Shown: piece by piece, positions 31,401 to 42,100 of the stretch
How positions within the stretch are numbered: position 1 is the first letter of the stretch
Layout: every line of letters starts with the position of its first letter
IMG/VR virus record: IMGVR_UViG_3300017786_000003
Span: 43,861-107,860 of that record
Strand: one strand, 5' to 3'
Length of the DNA stretch: 64,000 nt
Origin: a virus
Translations under genes and position numbers: made by a program
The notes under the pieces: model-generated
Told to the model about the DNA's origin: nothing
Database searches by the model: none
Seen by the model: only the letters and a program-made list of their open reading frames with translations

Positions 31401-34400
31401 TCTTGTTTATATAAAAACGCTTGTGCCCATCTATCCATTTGTGAATTAATATCATCACGTTGGGCAGCAGAATAAACTAAGCTATTACCTTGTTGGTCTA
31501 TCTCAGTAAATATATACTCAACTCTAAAGTTTGAGAAACCTTTTATAATTTGTTGTAAGAGTAAAGGATCTTTAATTGGCAATGACAATGCTGACCCATC
31601 AAGTATTGCTTGTGGATTTATTTCTCCAAAAGTATCTAATAATATTCTATCTATTACTGCACCAGAGTTCACATTAGACTGTCCAAATAAATATAAACTT
31701 TTTAATATGTCTATAGGAGCAGTAAGATTCTTAACTGATTTTAAAATACCATTATATGCCTCATTAAAATTAACAGGAACTATTAATGGCTCACCTTCTA
31801 CCAATATAGTATTACCAAAATAATCTTGTTCTGTTACAGTAGTAGTTGCTAAGTAAGCTCTTAAGAAACCAGGTATACTATTTATTCCTCCTATGTTTGA
31901 AGCATCTGTATCAAATTGTGATGCAGATCTAATACCTGTTATATCTGAAAAGTATTCTTCATTATACACAGCATCTACTAATTGACCATTAATGATATTT
32001 AAATATTCAAATACTTGTTCTTGAATAACATCTTCAAACCTATCAAAGGCTAAACTTATTTCTGTTAGTCTTTGTTTTTGTATGTCTGATCTTTCTGCAT
32101 TAATTGGATTTTCAATATTATATAAATTTCTAAAGTTATCTAATACCTCATTCATTACTTCTCTAGGACTATATGGTCCTTCTGATGCAGCCTTGCGTTC
32201 AGCTTGAATATAATGTGCAGCAATACCATGTATAAGTGGATTGGCAATATTGTTACTTAAATACAAGTTTCCTTTTACACCATTTTGAGTAATCTCAGCA
32301 TATGGTACTAATGCATTTGCCTCAGAAGCAATACCAACTTGCATATCTGCAGTGAATTGATTTCTAACCAATGATGCTCCTTTAAACTTACCAGCATCTA
32401 TAGATTCAAATAAACTATCTAAAGAAGCAAGTTCTGTCTTAGCACCTAACACAGATTTAATCCATTCCATTATTCTATTAAAGAAAGACTTTATAATACT
32501 ATTAGTCTTTGTACTCTTAGGATTCATTTTAAATTTTTCAAATTCATCTGCTAAGTACTCTTCGTAATATTCTCTTTCTAATTCTGCTCTAGTCATATTT
32601 GCATATGTATCAGCAGAGTTCTTAAATTTCTGAAGTTCAATTTCTAAACTCTTTCCTTCAGATCTAAGTTTTGCTCTCACTTCTTTTTTAGCTATACCAA
32701 TATACTGGTTTATTTGCTCATCAGTTAACAACATTCTAAACACACCGTGAAAAGCCTCATGATATTTAAATGGAGAATTTGCTCCTGTGTATATTGTACC
32801 ATTAATCTTTAGTTCACCTGCAATCTCCTTAAGCACCATTACAAAAGCACCTACTCTAACCCCTCCTGCTTTCAGGTTATTACCTAAAGTCTCTATATCA
32901 GCTGTAGTTATAAAATCAGGTAATGCTCCTTCTGCCCATGTAGTAAAAGTATTTATATCTTCAATATCTTCTGGTTTGAGTTCTGAAGTATCTCTTACAA
33001 CTTTATTAGCACCTTTATCTAATTTTTTTCTAAGCTTTAAAAGGTTTTGGTATTTCTTACTTTCTCTTAGGACTTTACCTTTTTCTTTAAAAGGCACGCC
33101 TTGTGTAAGTTCTTCTTTTAATTTATCTAGTTCAATTATTACATCTGATAAAGATGCTACTTCATTAGTTGGATTTTCTATTTCAGAAGTATCTATTCCT
33201 TGTTTCTGTTTAGAATTAACTAATAAAGTTATTTCAGTAATCCTAGCTGATTCAAGTTCAGTTTCTCTTTCCGTAAGTTCTTCTCCAGCAACTCTTTTCT
33301 GTACTATCTTATTTATATATTCAACAGGTACTGATGCAAATCCTTCATCTTTATAATCAGCAAAGTCTTGATCAGAAATTTCTTCTAGTTCTACAAAAAC
33401 AGTGCTTGATGCTGGAGCCCGTGGTACTGATACATCTTGTTCTGGTGCATCTTCTGTTTGTGTATTAACACTATTAATAACTTTAGTTAATTGTAATGCT
33501 TGTAAAACACTTTGACTACTTGCATTCAGTAAAAGCTTCTGTGGCACAATTACATTATTAGCCACAGGTGTTGTTGTATTATTTATAATAGTATTTACAT
33601 CTGTATTCCTAGGCAAGTGTTCTCTAAAGTTTTTACTACCTAATACAACAGTTTTTCCTTTGAATTTTATTTCTTTATTAACTTCATCATTATTAAACTT
33701 TTCTATTAAGTTACTTAGTTTCTTTGCAGGAGTAAGACCCTCTTCAACTTTATTTACTTCATCTTTATCTAATTCATAAAATGTTCTTTCTTTAGTAAGC
33801 TTATTATATTTTAATAACTGAACTTTACCAAACTTATCTACTTTTAATTCTAAATCATATCCTTGAGCAAAACTAATAAATAAAGAATTCTCTAAATCTA
33901 TATTGAATTGTTTTGGATATTTATTATTTTTTTGTACCTCTTGAGCTTTTGTTATTAAGCTTATTGCTAAATCATTCATTTGCTGAGGAGTATAAGATCT
34001 AGCCTTTAAAGGAACTAATACATAGGTACCATTAGGTAAAAGAACTGCAGCTCTATATCTATCACTATTTTGTCTAATACCTGAAGAATTACCTTTGCTT
34101 TGTTCAACCATCTCTGACCATTGTCCAGACTTTTCTAATCCTGCTTTAACTTCTTCTCTTAGTTTTTTCTGTTCTGCAAGAGTCTTTTTATTTGTTACTG
34201 GTACAACAGTCCCTGCTTGTATATCATAGATTATTAACCCACCGGAGTTATCAGAAGTGTTATACTGTAGAGTATCAAATGAGTTGAGTATACCTTTCTG
34301 CATATCTAGTTTAACACCTTGCAAACTAAAACTCATACCATAAGGTAACTGCTTTGCATTAAGAGTAAATACATCCCCCTCAAAGGTTCTATCTATAAAT

Positions 34401-37400
34401 TCTGTCAATAAAGAATTGATACCAAATACTTGCGTAAAGTATTTAACTATTTCTTCCTTTGGTACCCCTTTAAAGTCACTTAAATCTACCAGATTAAATA
34501 ACTGATCATAAGTAAGATTAACTTGATCAGGTAATGCTACACCTTTAGTATCTGTATATATATTTCTATTATTTGGTAAATATGCAAAAATACCATCTGC
34601 CTGATCGCTTGGTTTAATCCCTGCTCCTTCTAAAACACTATTAATTTTTTCTTTTGTAGTTTGAAAATCTTCTGGACTTGAACCAATAAAGCGTAGACCT
34701 ATTGTATATTTTTCTCTTACTTGTTTAATACTTGAGTTAGCTTCTTTCCCTGGGATAACAAAGTTGTTTCTTTTTTTACCTGCATCTTCATTAAGTTTAA
34801 TTACAAGCTCTAAACTATTTATTTGCTCAGGTGTCAATACAGAAAGGATCAACTTCAGTCTTTGCTTTCCTGTAGCATAATCTGCGTTATCTCTTTCATC
34901 TATATTAATATGTGGATAAAAGCCTAATAAATCTTCTACCGTTAGTCTACTAACATCAGTTGTATATTTAGTTAGGTCTAAAGGTTTTTGTAAAAACTTT
35001 CTTTCTATATTTTCTGCTAATACTTCTTCTGTTTCATCTATCTTATTTTTAGGTGCTACAATGATTGAACCAACTCTAACTGCTTTAGGAGTACTCAATA
35101 CTATATATTCTACACCTGTAATTTTATCAAATAATGATGAACCTTGATTAACTGTAAACCCACCAATTGAATATGATGTAGAATCAGGTGCAGCATCCTC
35201 TAGTTGTTCAAACACTTTTCTTGCTGCAGCCTTAGTCTTGTATGTAGATTCTGGATTATTATTTTCAGGGTCTACTAAAGATCTAAGAGTAGAGCTAATA
35301 GGATTACCTTTTTTATCTGTAACCATATAAAACGCACCAACATCTGGATCAGTTACTTTAACAACATTTACAGTAGAGCCAGATATTAAAATCTCTGTAT
35401 TAGCTTTACCTGCTACTTGTTCACCTGGTTCATTATATTCTATACCAGTATCAAAAATATCATTATAAGATAAATTAGATATAGCTAATACTTGTCCTAC
35501 TAAATCATTCTCACGCCCATCTCTACTATTTAGCCATTCCTGTAATCCTACTTCTGATTGTATATCTTCTGGAGATGCATTTGTTTCATCAGCCCAAATC
35601 TTTTTTATAGCATTAAAGGTGTTTTTATAATTTAATCCTTCTTCTGTGTTTCTCCATTCTTGGAAACCAATCTTTGATTTCTTACTACCTTGTTTCATAG
35701 AAGCTAGCATCTCTGCTTCATATTTTTTATATTGTGTCATTAATAATTCATCCAACATAGGAGAATTATTTTCATTTTCAACAATAACTTCTACTCCACT
35801 TTTGTCTAATACTTCATCTTGTTTTGTTTTATTTTCATCTGCTACTTTTGCAGCCTGCTTTTCTTCTTGAGTTTCAGCCTTAGTAGATTGTGTTTCTGTT
35901 TGTTTTCTATAAGCTTTTAGTTTTTCTTGTATTAGATTCCATGTTACTTCATCTTGTAATGGTGTTACAGATCCATCAGCATTATAAAAAGTTTTAAGTA
36001 CATCAACAACTCCTGTCTGTAAGAATACTTTTGTCTGGTTTATATCAGCATAGATACCTAAAGCTGCTAACTGGTTTAATAACTCATTAGCTTTGACAAC
36101 ACCTACATAATTTTCAATAACACTCTTAAAGTTCTTTTGTATATTTCTGTATGCTTGCTTATTAAACTCAAATGTTCTATCAACAATTTCCTGAAATTTA
36201 GTTGGATCCTGTAAATATTCAATAGCCTTATAGTATGTCTTTGCAGAACCTTTTAAAGCCATATAATCTACCATCATCTTAAGAGCATTTTCTACTTTGG
36301 CTTCATTTATAAAACCGTCAGAAGATTCACTAGCCATAAATCTCATATAATTAAAAAACTCTTTTCTTAGTTTCTCTATTTTACGTCTATCAAAAGCACC
36401 CTTTCTGCCACCTTTAGTACTAGTAGCATTTTTCGGGTCAGTTACAATCTTATAGATAGCTTGTAACCTTTTCATTCTTTCATTCTTAGATTTTATTTCT
36501 GCTCTTGCTGCTGAGGTAGCACCAATAGGAACACCTTTGTTATCTCTTTGAAGGTTGCCATTTTCATCTTGCTTTATATCACTATTGTTTATTTCAGCAA
36601 GCAACAAGTTAATTTCTTTTTGAATGCTTGCAGGATCTAATAATACGGTAATATCTTTTGCTGCCATATTTTGAAACAGAGGCTCTTGAGACAAGTTACT
36701 AAATATGGAGTCAGCTCTTTTTAATGCTGCACTAAAACTATCTTGTGTAAATAAATATAAATACCTTGCATGCTCATATCCCATGTAGGCTAATGTTTCT
36801 TTTATATACTCTCTACTACCTGGTTTAAATGATTTTGGATCATGCGGGTTTTGATATCTGTCCTTTGCTTCATTATAAAAATCTTGTGTCTCACCAATTT
36901 GATTAATCATTTTTTGCAACCTGTGTCTGAGCTTCCCGTTTTTTATATCTTTTTTAGTTGATGGAAAAGCTTCTGCAAGTTCTTCATCAGAAAGATTCAT
37001 AAAATCTTTAAGTTGTTCTTGAAAATAGAAAGAACTTTGGTTATTCATTATAGTATAAATCTGCTGAAACTTAGCATAGTCTTGTTTATTTTTAAAATTA
37101 AACATGTCATCTTGAAACATGTCCTCCTTCATTCCATCTTTTATTTGCTTTTGTATTAAGAAGTTAAACTTAGTTGGATCAAACATTGAGTTAGGATCAT
37201 TTATTTGATTGTTCCATGCTGTATTATGCACCTCAACCAACTTACTAATCATATCTTCTTCTGCTTGTTTTAGATCTTTGTATGCTTGAGGATCATTAAT
37301 TCTTTGATATATAGCAGGTACACCTTGGAAAAATAATTTTTGTGGTCCTTGTACTACTCCACCCATTAAGAATCCAGACATAAAAACATCAAACCCTTCT

Positions 37401-39100
37401 TCTGAAAATTGTGAGCCTATAGCAGAGTTGACCATTTCTTTTTGTAGCTCAAATCCTCCTGCCATTGGATCTCTAGTTACAGCAGTAAAGTACCCTGTAG
37501 TTGCAGCAGATATTGCTTCTTGTGTAACCTCTTGAATACCTTCAGAAATATTAGCAGCAAAATATCTTAGTGTAGCACCTGCAGCCATTCCTGCATTACC
37601 TTTTATACCACCTGCTTTTACTTTATTTAACCAACCTGAAAAACCTTTACCAGCATCACTAAATGGACTTTCATTAAAACCTCCTGATTTTTTTCTAGTT
37701 GGTTTACTTTTAATTAACCTTCTTCCTATTCCTCTATATGAATCATTAAACATTCTGCCAATAGATCTATTAAATCCACCCAGTGCATTGCCTAATACAA
37801 ATTTGTTACTTAAGTATATAACAGGAACATTAGCTAATGTAGTTGCAAATGCACCTTTAGCTGCTTTTTCAGATATAGAGGCCATATCACCTTCTTGGAT
37901 TTCTCCAAAGTTTTGTGCAGCTGTTATACTAGAAAGTTCATTAATTAATTTATTGTAAACCATTCCGCCTTCTAGCTTACCTTCTGCAAGAGCGTAGTTT
38001 AGAGCTCTTATGTCTCTATAGAATCCTCCAAATAATGAAGATCCTTTTCCCATATTAAATACATTTTGGGTTCCGTTCTTTGCTGTTTTAAGTTTACGTA
38101 TAGCATACATAGTTTCTGGAGCTATAAAATCTAAAAACATATTTGTTCCTCTCCCTAATCCTTGAGTACCATAATATACATCTTTTGCATTACCAACGTT
38201 ATTAAGGCTTTTCATCATGTTTCTAGTGCCTTTAAATAACTTAGTACCGGTAAACACATTACCAATCTTTCTTAAAATATTTGCTTGACCTATTGCCCAA
38301 GCTCCTGCTGCTGGTATAGCACCAACACCAGTTGAAGCAGCCGCTGCAGCACCTAACGTTAAAGCTAGTTCTTCAACAGCAATAGACCCAATTATACCAA
38401 ATGTATAACCACTGTTTAATAATAAGTTATTAGTCCATGCTAATGCACCGTCTCTAGTAGAATTACCAATAGCCATAGCATCTTCAAATTCTCTAGCAGA
38501 TTCTACATCTGCACCAGAAAAGTCTCCTGTAAATATATCTCCCATAGATCTATATACACTTTTAAAACCTGCTCCTACAAGACTACCAAATTGACCTCTC
38601 ATTCTAGCCATGTCATCCCATACAGTAGAATTAGCATTATATGATGCTTCTATATTTGAATAAGGAGTATAACCAATATCTGCAAACTTAGGGTGCTCAT
38701 AATATCTCATAAAGTTTCCTGCTCTTATACCAGAGTAAGTAGAATCTACTCTGTTCTGTCCAGGACCTGCATCATATGCTGGAGTGCTGTCAATTCGGTC
38801 AATCCATCTTTGTGCAGGGTTTTGCTGTTTAACAGGGTCATATGTATCTGTAGCTAATGTGGGATCTGGATTTGCCATATTACCATAAGCATTTATAGCA
38901 TACTTATTAATAGATGGTGCATATGCATCAAGTTGCTGTACAGCAGCTATGTTAGCAGTATTAACAAATTGATCAGTTTCAGGTGTTTCAAATAGTTTAT
39001 CTACAGGAACAAACATAAATTGACTAGGAGGTATTACACTACCCTGCCTTTGATTATTCTGTATAGTAGTTTCAAGAGTTGGATTATTTTTCTTTTCCAT
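25403..39100 (-). CDS. Giant virion-packaged DNA-dependent RNA polymerase (crAss-type) with zincin domain, 4565 aa
   Basis: GVRIPSQ...SGADFDIDK catalytic region (~28277-28417), as in phi14:2 gp66-type RNAPs; YHEAFH (32747-32761) with downstream EEYLADEF. Confidence 0.9.
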   Translation of the reverse strand: MEKKNNPTLETTIQNNQRQGSVIPPSQFMFVPVDKLFETPETDQFVNTANIAAVQQLDAYAPSINKYAINAYGNMANPDPTLATDTYDPVKQQNPAQRWIDRIDSTPAYDAGPGQNRVDSTYSGIRAGNFMRYYEHPKFADIGYTPYSNIEASYNANSTVWDDMARMRGQFGSLVGAGFKSVYRSMGDIFTGDFSGADVESAREFEDAMAIGNSTRDGALAWTNNLLLNSGYTFGIIGSIAVEELALTLGAAAAASTGVGAIPAAGAWAIGQANILRKIGNVFTGTKLFKGTRNMMKSLNNVGNAKDVYYGTQGLGRGTNMFLDFIAPETMYAIRKLKTAKNGTQNVFNMGKGSSLFGGFYRDIRALNYALAEGKLEGGMVYNKLINELSSITAAQNFGEIQEGDMASISEKAAKGAFATTLANVPVIYLSNKFVLGNALGGFNRSIGRMFNDSYRGIGRRLIKSKPTRKKSGGFNESPFSDAGKGFSGWLNKVKAGGIKGNAGMAAGATLRYFAANISEGIQEVTQEAISAATTGYFTAVTRDPMAGGFELQKEMVNSAIGSQFSEEGFDVFMSGFLMGGVVQGPQKLFFQGVPAIYQRINDPQAYKDLKQAEEDMISKLVEVHNTAWNNQINDPNSMFDPTKFNFLIQKQIKDGMKEDMFQDDMFNFKNKQDYAKFQQIYTIMNNQSSFYFQEQLKDFMNLSDEELAEAFPSTKKDIKNGKLRHRLQKMINQIGETQDFYNEAKDRYQNPHDPKSFKPGSREYIKETLAYMGYEHARYLYLFTQDSFSAALKRADSIFSNLSQEPLFQNMAAKDITVLLDPASIQKEINLLLAEINNSDIKQDENGNLQRDNKGVPIGATSAARAEIKSKNERMKRLQAIYKIVTDPKNATSTKGGRKGAFDRRKIEKLRKEFFNYMRFMASESSDGFINEAKVENALKMMVDYMALKGSAKTYYKAIEYLQDPTKFQEIVDRTFEFNKQAYRNIQKNFKSVIENYVGVVKANELLNQLAALGIYADINQTKVFLQTGVVDVLKTFYNADGSVTPLQDEVTWNLIQEKLKAYRKQTETQSTKAETQEEKQAAKVADENKTKQDEVLDKSGVEVIVENENNSPMLDELLMTQYKKYEAEMLASMKQGSKKSKIGFQEWRNTEEGLNYKNTFNAIKKIWADETNASPEDIQSEVGLQEWLNSRDGRENDLVGQVLAISNLSYNDIFDTGIEYNEPGEQVAGKANTEILISGSTVNVVKVTDPDVGAFYMVTDKKGNPISSTLRSLVDPENNNPESTYKTKAAARKVFEQLEDAAPDSTSYSIGGFTVNQGSSLFDKITGVEYIVLSTPKAVRVGSIIVAPKNKIDETEEVLAENIERKFLQKPLDLTKYTTDVSRLTVEDLLGFYPHINIDERDNADYATGKQRLKLILSVLTPEQINSLELVIKLNEDAGKKRNNFVIPGKEANSSIKQVREKYTIGLRFIGSSPEDFQTTKEKINSVLEGAGIKPSDQADGIFAYLPNNRNIYTDTKGVALPDQVNLTYDQLFNLVDLSDFKGVPKEEIVKYFTQVFGINSLLTEFIDRTFEGDVFTLNAKQLPYGMSFSLQGVKLDMQKGILNSFDTLQYNTSDNSGGLIIYDIQAGTVVPVTNKKTLAEQKKLREEVKAGLEKSGQWSEMVEQSKGNSSGIRQNSDRYRAAVLLPNGTYVLVPLKARSYTPQQMNDLAISLITKAQEVQKNNKYPKQFNIDLENSLFISFAQGYDLELKVDKFGKVQLLKYNKLTKERTFYELDKDEVNKVEEGLTPAKKLSNLIEKFNNDEVNKEIKFKGKTVVLGSKNFREHLPRNTDVNTIINNTTTPVANNVIVPQKLLLNASSQSVLQALQLTKVINSVNTQTEDAPEQDVSVPRAPASSTVFVELEEISDQDFADYKDEGFASVPVEYINKIVQKRVAGEELTERETELESARITEITLLVNSKQKQGIDTSEIENPTNEVASLSDVIIELDKLKEELTQGVPFKEKGKVLRESKKYQNLLKLRKKLDKGANKVVRDTSELKPEDIEDINTFTTWAEGALPDFITTADIETLGNNLKAGGVRVGAFVMVLKEIAGELKINGTIYTGANSPFKYHEAFHGVFRMLLTDEQINQYIGIAKKEVRAKLRSEGKSLEIELQKFKNSADTYANMTRAELEREYYEEYLADEFEKFKMNPKSTKTNSIIKSFFNRIMEWIKSVLGAKTELASLDSLFESIDAGKFKGASLVRNQFTADMQVGIASEANALVPYAEITQNGVKGNLYLSNNIANPLIHGIAAHYIQAERKAASEGPYSPREVMNEVLDNFRNLYNIENPINAERSDIQKQRLTEISLAFDRFEDVIQEQVFEYLNIINGQLVDAVYNEEYFSDITGIRSASQFDTDASNIGGINSIPGFLRAYLATTTVTEQDYFGNTILVEGEPLIVPVNFNEAYNGILKSVKNLTAPIDILKSLYLFGQSNVNSGAVIDRILLDTFGEINPQAILDGSALSLPIKDPLLLQQIIKGFSNFRVEYIFTEIDQQGNSLVYSAAQRDDINSQMDRWAQAFLYKQEKLISDKKRKNQAVDAIQDLYDAISLNSETETDEVLSNKAKELSEQIYQYVGIRFSPLYLKYNFIAAKSTDALKPSQIALLNLNPNGQRLVLEDIEQMSRQIQRNQDIFDTGEMGMNSRLRAMAESNAMFDETIGASVFRNANGDLVYAHQNGTYHLTSIAELNDPNNIQRKLEDPALENNYLLNDPAFLKLSLTNRLKVLRVAGLKQKDRITGEDISGNVLGTDTYGDFSPRQFLSTLLNNYTANVNTKSGKVSTVEYLDEEGNTQERAIASVLIRVMEASNTGDQIDLPVIKAVELVGNEVKLTEEAVDIIVNNIRNEFARINREFNPDTATKDTVGGYNTEGGRAYTFFNTGVLLSEELKNKLISIAKLQGEQGNTITLDQALENAAGMTALRKVVVDNLENQVTEFKEVIESENASDLISKKVKQGLVRAQGFSTPDLQRSNELLNLTDNFDYNLKQIFVNDYINTFSINEILLGDQATSLKDPVDKIKRAKMQNASYYNAYSAFPSPDQGVLHSVEKISLISFTEPQGVSSFSNASIDKADAQMYMTTKAFRYLWFGMGLLKPEQVELLDHLDVGLEPITGNRVFGYDNKAGLAKAQALINSKKLVYGDGKTYLKMSAFVLTKDYTSDWNADKGVWVAKPNRVELHNLRVKMEAQEAREQTISIAAPVSAVKMEKRNVVDISEFNNETELKSEQFTDLDARYMGLQVVSPSNKMDIVDMSQIKELVTSEQDDSVKVEGLKNPDGTTMTIADVRKAYSDALSNRVLFKYKNRRNLVFDFQTAMDEFTLSKKDNVITPKLAAFLRYATAGLKASQASSNLLEFFADDAGISYNLNNAISVRKAESLFMSYFSRGVLAERVPGVTVNLVSDYGNKVYRRVYEFDENGLPLRSEIIRQKQWEAMSTKPEIFESTNDTDSNKPQSWLGVDPGKDGVVILDRLRSGLMEYTDPKDPESLTGQRYTEFMMPAHDKDVMEMIEDKVDASMPSVISKFFGVRIPSQDKHSSVNMKLVDFMPVYYGSSAMFAQELIETSGADFDIDKVFALMKEYYIKDGQFVEYGKEASLTEEYNAYINYVNEKVTKPGTIYSESLEQYKDNAVKPEHQLSDAEVDLVTIPDGPVSEESRKALMMLGLPVTKAQYAKYKEDHGFPYEAPYNNEVLDYRYALVGNRGMTESSTGIPIAYSPANDNIVKTTLDVLAGKSQVFSDRLQEDNVDVDNLLGKTKAFKSNKGASIGAVVLPNLYLSLLTESKKKLDWDFWLKSNKLVNGAFELDGIKYDSFAESTEVGGLQRKQDTLSALISIAVDNAKDRYISKLGLSKPAMSVMANMIALGVPLEVATLFINLPVIQDAFNARVDSGIKLTTYAEKILRSDEYKSIKSTKLTKELMYDFIDGNLVDSQDVTKSALEELIKISGLVEVTSKMGAITSLTKGLPSSIVELNNLKRTIQELKTQGLISVSDLYNDTWRGTYVNIVNQLTDVLLPEVFISSTKPFVGMYTKLLDGMDIPVTPEITKIQNDISLNIVSYLTLQAYLHNALQTDGQLAATLSNSFVYPQPVIDGQSVQSIISVVQDLQKRESLADNFFLQNFVLLLSADNSNNKTGMNLAQANTFRNLSSSQKIDLQTSFAQLYNTIETRKSAEAIINYIMVKDGLELGYASLLEAISPYTLNTYLNQVNNVQKALNGKATFESVFGLSQADLEKTLLDNYLLSTSSQEYVKTIYQGGPAQERRSLPEGYSFKDGNLVFNTEENQEKSFAFVRLGNINEFGNIDYFLFTRDLASKKEVVYKRVQPMGSKQQTPIGFIFGDRPTLSENNNFIDRKNAQNYSEENQIDAPVQTTDIAFDPVEEAIKTESSIVEATERSVTVQAAGPESTPVNIADTQEIQQQLFDNQEVMDNDEREALVLKAMEEEYIPSDPGNLDNIVYEQMEFQFEEEVEEQYPDIANEYDRLLENKNNIPILQQEKLFPLDSMIEQYEEMRKINVNLTEEEFKEHLKCLGLN

Positions 39101-39119
39101 TTTTTATGTATTGTTACAC

Positions 39120-42100
39120 CTATTGGTTTGTTCTTTCATTTGCTATGGAAGCTGCATTATTTGTAGCTACATCTGCTGCTTCAGCTAATGCGTTTGAATC
39201 TCTTAATTCATCAAAAACTGCTTTTATACTTTTATATTCATAATCTAAAGCTCCTAAACCATTTGTCATATCTATATCCTTAGTTATTAAAGGAGACTTT
39301 AAATAAGTACCACCAGGTTGATATGTATTTAAATAATAATTCATAGTATAGTCATAACCATCACCACTAGCAATTCTGTTAAATCTTACATTACCAACTT
39401 CATAGTCACCACCTTGGAAAACATATTCTTTATAATCACCTCCCTGAGCATTTATATCATTCATTACTTGAGATACTACTGTTGCACCAGCTCTTCTTGG
39501 ATTTTGATCAAACTCTTGTGGAAAAACAAAAGATAACTTTCCATCATATTTATTAATAAATCTATTTATATCTGCCTGTGACAATGCACCATATTGACTA
39601 TCTGGATCTTCACCAGCTTTCTTAGTTGACAACCATTCTTTTGGTAAACTAAGTTGATAACCAGCAAAGTCTTTATTAGGGTCACCTGGTGCTCCATAAA
39701 CAGAAAGGTATGAAAGATTTATTTTAGGAACAAGTTTTGAACTGTTACTTGCTTTAGGGTTCCTTGCAAAATAAGTATGATCATTTTTATAAATATTATA
39801 TATTTTTAAAGCAAGAGGATCTTTTTCTAAATACTTTTCTATATCTCTTTCTTGATTAGCATTTCTACCAGCAGTTGTCATGTCTCCCATAAATAAACCA
39901 TACTGATCAGGATTTTGTCTATCCATTTTTGCAATCTGATTTCCAAACTGTTGAAACAACATCATAGATTCATTAGATGTCATACCTGGCTTAGGTATTA
40001 TTACTCCTGTATAAATTGGATTACTTAATAAATCTGCATAGGTTTCAGTATTTTTACCCATTGCTATAGAATTATAAGTTGCAGTAGGTATTACCATTGC
40101 TTTTCCATCTTGATTAGTAATCTGTCCTGTCATACCTTGGTTTAATTTCTTTTTTAATCCATCATATACAATACTTGCATCTGTAGCAAAGTCTCCCCAA
40201 TTCAATCTTACCATTTGTCCTTTTAATTTACCTTCAGTTGCTCTTATAAATTCTGGAAGGTCGGGTCTTTCAGAAGAACCTCCACTAACAGTACTAGGAA
40301 TCATTGTTGATGAACTAGAACTAGTATAACTACCACCATAAGTTGGATTTTGGTCTACATGTAAATAACTATTTACTACTTCTCCATCTATCATATAGTC
40401 ATCATCATCTTGAGAGTAGGATCCATCAAAATTGTCCTCAAAATCATATCTATCAGTATTAGTTATCTGAAGATTTGCAGCTTTTAATGCCATTTCATTA
40501 ATGTATTCTTGTTTAGTTTTTATACTGCCATCACTGTTCATTATTCCACCAAAGCCATCATCCATTAATAACTTTACATTCTGTCTACCATTGTTTTCTG
40601 ATCTAGCTAGTTCTTCTGTTATAGCATAAGCATCTTTATATACTTGTCTTAATGCTGTTACATTTGATCCTACCGCTTCCTTTTCTACTACTGCACCATT
40701 CAATCCATAATAATTATTATACAAACTATTAAAACTTTTTGAGTTGACACCTTTAGTTATATTTGGATCATTTGAACCTGTTATAGAATTTTTATAATCT
40801 TTTATAATTAATGATGAAGCATCAAAATTTGCAGAAATATCATCTGCATATTTAAAACCTAAGTCTACACCCTTCTTATCCGTTTCTCTAAAAGATAATT
40901 TATTGAATATTGTATTTATATCTCCAACTACTTTTTCTCCTCCAATCATCATACTATAATTTCCGTCAGGCTCATTACCTCTAGGATGTAATTTTTGGTA
41001 GTACTCTTTAAGAAGAGCTAGTTGTCTTTTTTCACTTGCTTGATAAGCTTTATCTTCTTGTATAAAATTACTATCAACAAGATCACTATCAGGAGTAAAC
41101 TCTGCTATACCATCTTCTACTTCTACATCCATTTGTATAGTCTGTGCATCACCTGACACTATAGTATTATCAAATACATCTAATCCAGTAGATGTATTTT
41201 CTCCAATTTTTTCTAATGCTATTTCTGCTCTTTTATTTCTAGAACGTAAATTTTCTAATGATACTTTAGCATCTCTTTCTCTTTGATTTTCTTTAAGTTG
41301 ATTTATACGCATTGTAACTTCTCTATCTCTGTTACCATACTCAATAGCAGCCTTTTGCATATCACCACTTATATTAAAGCTCATTAACATATTATAAGCT
41401 CTATTAAGTTTACCTAGATCTGTATTAGAAGGAGTACTTCCTGTTGTACGTATTTTTAGTTTAGCATCTAATGCAGCTTGTGTTGCTTCAGCAGCAGACA
41501 TGTTTTCTCTATATAGCTTATCCATATTAGAACCAGGAATAACTCCATTAGCTGCAATCCAATTATCCCAATTAACATTAGCATCTTCTAGAGTTTTTAA
41601 AAGCTTTGTATCTTCTTCAATAAGTGCCTCATTAATATTATTTATTCTCTCAATTGTTTCATCAGCCCACGCAGCTTGTCCTTGTTCAACACTACTGAAC
41701 CTTCCAGCATCTATTCCTGCCTTAGCAAAATTTCTACTTTTTACATATGCATCTGTTTGGTATGCATTTATAACTTGTGGATCATCTAGTAATCTACTTT
41801 GTATTACTTGTAAAGCTGCTCCTGTTACTAACTCACCATTTTGTGTTGTTATGATCCAGTCAGTATTTACTGAACCATCAGCATTTTGACCATAATGATC
41901 AATCTTTGCTTTTAGTGGAGGATCCATTTCAGATAATATATCAGATGCTAGTTCAAACAAATTAGCATTTTCAACATAAGTAGGTAATTTCATTTGCAAT
42001 GCCTTGTCTGGAGATGCATTTATAAAATCATCCATTTGATATTGCATTGCTGTCACACCTGTTTGCCAATATCTTTCTCTTTGATCATTGATAGGTGACT

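Noticed and set aside
695-39100. Inteins or self-splicing introns in polB, nrdA/B or RNAP
   Set aside because: Genes are continuous, and no intein splice motifs or homing endonuclease ORFs were recognised by eye
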